DNA from: Macrostomum lignano
Lineage: Eukaryota
Direction of reading: 5' to 3'
NCBI GenBank assembly: GCA_002269645.1
Contig: NIVC01001201.1
Span: 186,001 to 250,000, forward strand
DNA: 64,000 nucleotides
Below are positions 58,065-64,000 of this stretch, one piece after another. A model generated the notes under the pieces. The model was not told the DNA's origin. It did no database searches and was given only the letters and a program-made list of their open reading frames with translations. How positions within the stretch are numbered: the stretch's first letter is position 1; each line of letters opens with the position of its first letter. Both the position numbers and the translations under genes were made by a program.

Positions 58065-59478
58065 AAGGAATGCCGTCTCTGTCTCTTCCCCTGACCTTCG
58101 ATGGGATGCCGCCACCACCTCTCCCCCCTGACCTTCGATGGCATGCCGCCACCACCTCTCCCCCCCTGACCTTCGATGGGATGCCGCCACCACCTCTCCC
58201 CCCCCCTGACCTTCGATGGGATGCCGCCACCACCTCTCCCCCCCCTGACCTTCGATGGCATGCCGCCACCACCTCTCCCCCCCTGACCTTCGATGGCATG
58301 CCGCCACCACCTCTCCCCTGACCTTCGATGGCATGCTGCTACCGCCTCTCCCCCCTGACCTTCGATGGGATGCCGCCACCACCTCTCCCCCCTGACCTTC
58401 GATGGGATGCCGCTACCACCTCTCCCCTCTGACCTTCGATGGGATGCCGCTACCACCTCTTCCCCCTGACCTTCGATGGGATGCCGCCACCGCCTCTCCC
58501 CTCTGACCTTCGATGGGATGCTGTCCCTGTCTCTTCCCCTGACCTTCGATGGGATGCCGCCCCTGTCTCTTCCCCTGACCTTCGATGGGATGCCGCCACC
58601 GCCTCTCCCCCCTGACCTTCGATGGGATGCTGTCCCTGTCTCTTCCCCTGACCTTCGATGGGATGCCGCCACCGCCTCTCCCCCCTGACCTTCGATGGGA
58701 TGCTGTCCCTGTCTCTTCCCCTGACCTTCGATGGCATGCCGCCACCACCTCTCCCCCCCTGACCTTCGAACGCTTCGATGGGATGCCGCCACCACCTCTC
58801 CCCCCCCCCTGACCTTCGATGGGATGCCGCCACCACCTCTCCCCCCCTGACCTTCGATGGCATGCCGCCACCACCTCTCCCCCCCTGACCTTCGAACGCT
58901 TCGATGGGATGCCGCCACCACCTCTCCCCTGACCTTCGATGGCATGCTGCCACCGCCTCTCCCCCCTGACCTTCGATGGGATGCCGCCACCACCTCTCCC
59001 CCCTGACCTTCGATGGGATGCCGCTACCACCTCTCCCCTCTGACCTTCGATGGCATGCCGCTACCACCTCTTCCCCCTGACCTTCGATGGGATGCCGCCA
59101 CCGCCTCTCCCCCCTGACCTTCGATGGGATGCTGTCCCTGTCTCTTCCCCTGACCTTCGATGGGATGCCGCCCCTGTCTCTTCCCCTGACCTTCGATGGG
59201 ATGCCGCTACCACCTCTCCCCTCTGACCTTCGATGGGATGCCGCCACCGCCTCTCCCCCCTGACCTTCGATGGGATGCTGTCCCTGTCTCTTCCCCTGAC
59301 CTTCGATGGGATGCCGCTACCACCTCTCCCCTCTGACCTTCGATGGGATGCCGCCACCGCCTCTCCCCCCTGACCTTCGATGGGATGCCGTCCCTGTCTC
59401 TTCCCCTGACCTTCGATGGGATGCCGCCCCTGTCTCTTCCCCTGACCTTCGATGGGATGCCGCCACCGCCTCTCCTGC
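58065..59478. repeat. 35-38-bp minisatellite (CCCCTGACCTTCGATGGGATGCCGCCACCACCTCT)n right after the long-isoform domino stop
   Basis: About 38 copies with alternating variants; source of the many overlapping minus-strand false ORFs. Confidence 0.95.
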
Positions 59479-60254
59479 CGCACAGAGATTGGCTGGTTTC
59501 TAAAACCCGGGCCTTTGTACAAAATCAAAGCCAATCAATGAGTGGCATTGTGTATTTACAATGTGCTGGTGGGAGTTTTGTTCATATTTAATACAGCTTT
59601 GCATTGCGTTGTGTTCGTCTGTTGACGCGTTTTGTACTCACTTGGCTTCGACATTAATCCAAGTTGCTGCGAGTATTTAAGGTAAATAACAAATTCATAC
59701 TTACTTCACTGCTCGCTGCATAAGTTTCACTTGCTGTTGTTGAATTTGGCATCCGCCTGTAATATTGACTGCGTCCAACATTTTCCATCGCTGTTCCTCT
59801 CGAATGTTTGGCTCATTAGGCTCGAAATTGCTCTTTAATTGAATGTTATTCTTGCGTCTCCCTGTGCTTGTGTCCGTTGCTTATTGGAATGGTTAATCAT
59901 TAAATTGAATTGATTATGCTAATTAGCTTTTTGCGGCTGTTATTTGCAGGCCAATAAATAGTGTGTTAAATTTTTTTAATCGGCAGCTCAATTAAAATAG
60001 ACTTGACTTTGTTTTGTTTTGCCTTTTGCTTTTGGCTGCTACCCATTTATTCTCCCTGCATCTCACTGCTCTCATCCCGATACAGGGAACGAGAGAAGCA
60101 ATTAATAACATTGTAAAAGCTCGATCCACAGCGGCTGCAAACTCAATAAACAATTATTCAATAGCAGATACATCTCGACATGGTTGCCCTAGCAACCATG
60201 GACTTTCCAGCTTCCCAAACAATCAAATGCCCATCCAGCAACCAGGTGCCCCTA

Positions 60255-60620
60255 GCTTCCCTTAGCAAACAAACTCTTCTAGCTTCCCTAGCAATCAGAT
60301 GCTCCTATAGCTTCTCTAGCAACCAGATGTCCCTCTAGCTTCCCTAGCAACCAGATGTCCCTCTAGCTTCCCTAGCAACCAGATGTGAGATGTCCCTCTA
60401 GCTTCCCTAGCAACCAGGCGCCCCTCTCTAGCTTCCCTAGTAACCGGGCACCCCTCTCTAGCTTCCCTAGCAACCAGATGCCCCTCTAGCTTCCCTAGTA
60501 ACCAGGCACCCCTCTCTAGCTTCCCTAGTAACCAGGCGCCCCTCTCTAGCTTCCCTAGTAACCAGGCACCCCTCTCTAGCTTCCCTAGTAACCAGGCGCC
60601 CCTCTCTAGCTTCCCTAGCA
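60255..60620. repeat. About 30-bp minisatellite (CTAGCTTCCCTAGTAACCAGGCGCCCCTCT)n
   Basis: About 12 degenerate-to-perfect copies. Confidence 0.92.
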
Positions 60621-61600
60621 CTATGTCACTATGATTCTCCTCGTAATTTATTCTCAAGTACAGAGTATAAGGTAGGTAAATTAAGTTGTCAGAAAGCGTA
60701 CATGTACTGTGCTTAAAAATCACAAAAATGGCACAGCTCGACTCATAGGCTTTATGACTCTACTGTATCATTTTTAGTTGACTGCGTAATAAAAGCGTAA
60801 CAGATTCATAAAACCAAATAAATCGAGTTGCGCCATTTTTATGATTTTTAGACAGGACATGTACGTAGAATATAAAATTAACACAGAATCCTAATTTTAT
60901 AAACGAAAAGCTTTGTGAATATCAATAGAGCTATAGCAAAGATAAAACATATCAAAAGATGAACATTAGGTCTGCCTTCTATCAAAAGCAATAACAATAT
61001 TTGTGCTGGAAAATGAAGATTTCTCATCTCCGTAGTGTATTTTCCGGCGAAAACTAGCCTCAAACATTTTCCAAGAAACGCAGTCTCCCGTCCTACTTGA
61101 GTAGTCCTTTCCTACGGTGCGATGGCGTGGGCAAAGTTGAAGAACATGCGACAAACTTGGCCCCTCAATGCCTACATGTATGAAAAGTCAACGTGGGCGT
61201 GACAGAATTTTGGTGGCCCTTCCAATCCTTTATCTCCCAGCCTCATCTTCCATTCATCTTTGTTTCTTCTATTCTATATTCCTTTCTTTCCAGTTTCCCT
61301 GTCAGGCTGCGCTTGCGCTGAAGATGCGAGCGAATTGAGTTTGTGTGACCGGGGGCGGGCCTACACAGCAGTGCCTGCTGACTCCGGTTGGGGGAGTTTG
61401 AAGTTGCCGTCACGGGTGACGGCGGCCGCGGCCCAATAGCACCGGCGCCGGCCTTGGTTACCATGAAAACTATGGGAGCAAAACAATGCGGGATTTTATA
61501 TTCCACAAGTTTTGTCTCAGGGGGGGAACTCTGCGTTTTTGTCGCTGAGTTGCTGTTTATAGCAATTCTTGGTCTGCTTTTAAAAGAACAAATATTTGCC

Positions 61601-63432
61601 ATGGGTCTTGGCTGGCACCGCCTGGCAACTCTGCTGCTTGCGGCCTTCTGGACCCCGCCTGTGCCCGCCAACGCGGCGATCTCCGACTTCGACGCCTGCT
61701 TGGCCAGCTGCTTTCGGATTCAAAGGTTTTGTGCAGCTCTTATGAGCTGGCTTTGTGACTGTGCAATCCTGTCATAGAATGAGTTGCTCCTACCGCAGTG
61801 CCCCATATAGCTGCATCCTATAACTCGTAGTATCTTTGGATTTTATTCGGCTTTCTAAGACGGATTAGCAAACCAGCGCCTAACTGCGAGCCAGAGAGGA
61901 GAAACGATAGAGGAGACTAGAGAGGAGAGATTAGAAAAAAGAGGAAAGATGTGAGAAGGGAGAGTAGATTAGAGAGGAGAGCAGAGAAGAGACGAACCAC
62001 AGAACCACAGTATTCTGTGAGACGAACCTTGAATTGTTATTCTGAAGTTTGTACTGGGGTTTGCCGACACCTGTTCTAAGACATCGATATAATGTGTACA
62101 GAATGTCAGCAGGATGTGCACTCAATGCCCCATTCGGTACCCTGCCAGACACATTGGTGACTTCTGCCCGCCGACTGCGCCCGCCGGGCGCAGTGTCTGC
62201 CGCTGCCAGTCCCGGCTGCCGCGCCTGCGTCACCAGCTGCCGACCTGCCCGGAGCTTCCCGTCCAGCAGCCGGCCGTTCCGGGCTGCTGCCGTTTCAACG
62301 CCGGCCGCGACCGCTTCGCCGTCCGCTGCCCACCGACGGTCGCCGTCGGGGCCGCCTTCGCCTGCTGGTTGGCGCCGCTGCCCGGCTTGAAGCCGCCGGC
62401 CTTCGGCTGCCTCGACGGCGCCGCGGCTGTGGAAGCCCGCCTGCTGACCAGCTGGGAGGTGCGACCGGATGAGCGGCAGCCCGCTGCCGTGGCCAACATC
62501 AGCTCAGGTGCTTTTCTGGCACCTCACCTGACGCTGGGTTTAGTGCCTTCTCCCAGTTCTTATGTTGGCGCCCTTTAGCACCTGTTTTGGCGCCTCCCAT
62601 GACATTTTGGTACCACCCCTGACATTTTGGCACCGCCCTTGACATTTTGGCACCGCCCTTGATATTTTGGCACCTCCCCTGACATCTTGGCGCCTCTTCT
62701 GACATTTTGGTTACCACCCCTGACATTTTGGCACCTCCCCTGACATCTTGGCGCCTCCCCTGACATTTTCCCGAAGCCTGACACCTGCTTTAACTGCCTG
62801 CTTTTATGTCTGTTTTGGCGCCTTCCATTCTGTCCCTTTTTTGAGTCATCTGACAAGAAGGCATTCAGGACTTACTGTTCTGTTCTGTCCTGTTTTGGCG
62901 ACCACCCTGACCCCTGTTTTTTCCCCGAATTCATTGGTTAAGGATCGCAGCAACGCAGCATTGACTCGCCAACAACGTTCGCCGTCCCGGAGCTCGCCGC
63001 GCCCAGTCAGGGCCGGCACAGCATCGGCGGCCGCCTGCGGCGGGGCGGCCGCGACTGCGGCAGAGCTGCAGTGCCGGCCACCGTGACTGCCTACCTGCCG
63101 CTGACTGGCCTGACAGTTCGGCTGCTGGCGCCGAACCGCGGTGAGTTTTGCATCCCACTGGCAATTGTAAATGGATTTTGATTTTGCGCTGAAAACTTCT
63201 GCTCTTCTCCCCATCCTCCGTCACAGAAGCCGACCGTCCAGCCACCTCCACAGTCCTCGTAGAGCCCCAGCCTCAGGACGCACTGCTGACCGACTTTGTC
63301 GTCCGTGTCGACGGCTTCCGGCTGAGCGGCGTCAAGCCACGTCGGCCGCTGCCGCTGCCGCTGTCGCTGAACTTCGGCTGGCACCGGGTTACCGCCGTTG
63401 CCTCCAATCCCGTCTCCATGGCAACCGCTAAC
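61601..63432 (+). CDS. 5' part of a secreted or membrane protein with a Cys-rich N-terminus and PKD-like repeats (polycystin-1-like); exons 61601-61725, 62149-62507, 62943-63140, 63227-63432, continuing beyond the window
   Basis: Signal-peptide-like MGLGWHRLATLLLAAFWTPPVPANA; phase-consistent junctions (2, 1, 1, 0); GWHRVTAVASNPVSMATAN matches the PKD-repeat G-x-Y/H-x-V-x-V-x-ASN-x-VS signature. The exon 3 acceptor (AAG 62940-62942) is less certain. Confidence 0.62.
62598..62768. repeat. 20-bp degenerate minisatellite (GACATTTTGGCACCGCCCTT)n, intronic
   Basis: About 8 copies between donor 62508 and the next exon. Confidence 0.88.
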
Positions 63433-63469
63433 GTATGAATTGGCTTGACTTTCATGGAAATTTTGGAGA

Positions 63470-64000
63470 GGGGCAAGCGAGGGAAAAGATCTAGAGATTG
63501 GGAGGGTAAGGGGAGAAGATCTAGAGATTGGGAGGGTAAGGGGAAAAGATCTAGAGATTGGGAGGGTGAGGGGAAAATATCTAGAGATTGGGAGGGTGAG
63601 GGGAAAATATCTAGAGATTGGGAGGGTAAGGGGAGAAGATCTAGAGATTGGGAGGGTGAGGGGAGAAGATCTAGAGATTGGGAGGGTGAGGGGAGAAGAT
63701 CTAGAGATTGGGAGGGTAAGGGGAAAATATCTAGAGATTGGGATGGTGAGGGGAAAATATCTAGAGATTGGGAGGGTGAGGGGAAAATATCTAGAGATTG
63801 GGAGGGTAAGGGGAAAAGATCTAGAGATTGGGAGGGTGAGGGGAGAAGATCTAGAGATTGGGAGGGTGAGGGGAAAATATCTAGAGATTGGGAGGGTAAG
63901 GGGAGAAGATCTAGAGATTGGGAGGGTAAGGGGAAAATATCTAGAGATTGGGAGGGTGAGGGGAGAAGATCTAGAGATTGGGAGGGTAAGGGGAGAAGAT
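63470..64000. repeat. 30-bp G-rich minisatellite (GGGAAAAGATCTAGAGATTGGGAGGGTAAG)n, intronic, runs off the window
   Basis: About 18 copies after donor GTATGA at 63433. Confidence 0.96.

Noticed and set aside
57977-59591. Cluster of minus-strand ORFs up to 338 aa
   Set aside because: Entirely derived from the 35-38-bp minisatellite.
62049-62390. Alternative frame GCRACVTSC suggesting an anosmin-like Cys box
   Set aside because: The splice-consistent frame is the other one (HIGDFCPP...), and no WAP or FN3 domain follows.

Overview
Eukaryotic (metazoan) genomic DNA with spliced genes, GC-rich low-complexity exons and introns full of minisatellites. The style suggests a free-living flatworm such as Macrostomum; this is inference and the species cannot be determined from the sequence. 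Left to right: 3' part of an NFX1/shuttle-craft gene (+), whose introns are mostly tandem repeats; a satellite-rich tract; an intronless KChIP gene (-); an orphan ORF (-); three abutting TIR DNA transposons; an R1/LOA-like LINE fragment; an orphan multi-exon gene (+); a near full-length RTE LINE (-); a CpG-depleted block holding a C>T-hypermutated Tc1 fossil and two hAT-type MITEs; a domino/SWR1 remodeller gene (+); and the 5' end of a polycystin-1-like gene (+). The most striking structure is the domino gene. It appears to encode both a short SRCAP-like and a long p400-like (SANT-containing) isoform, and a complete, divergent beta-tubulin gene sits on the same strand inside the intron that separates the two C-termini. 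Most ORFs in the supplied track are repeat-derived or shadow frames. All alignments to known families were done by eye from remembered motifs, not by database search.
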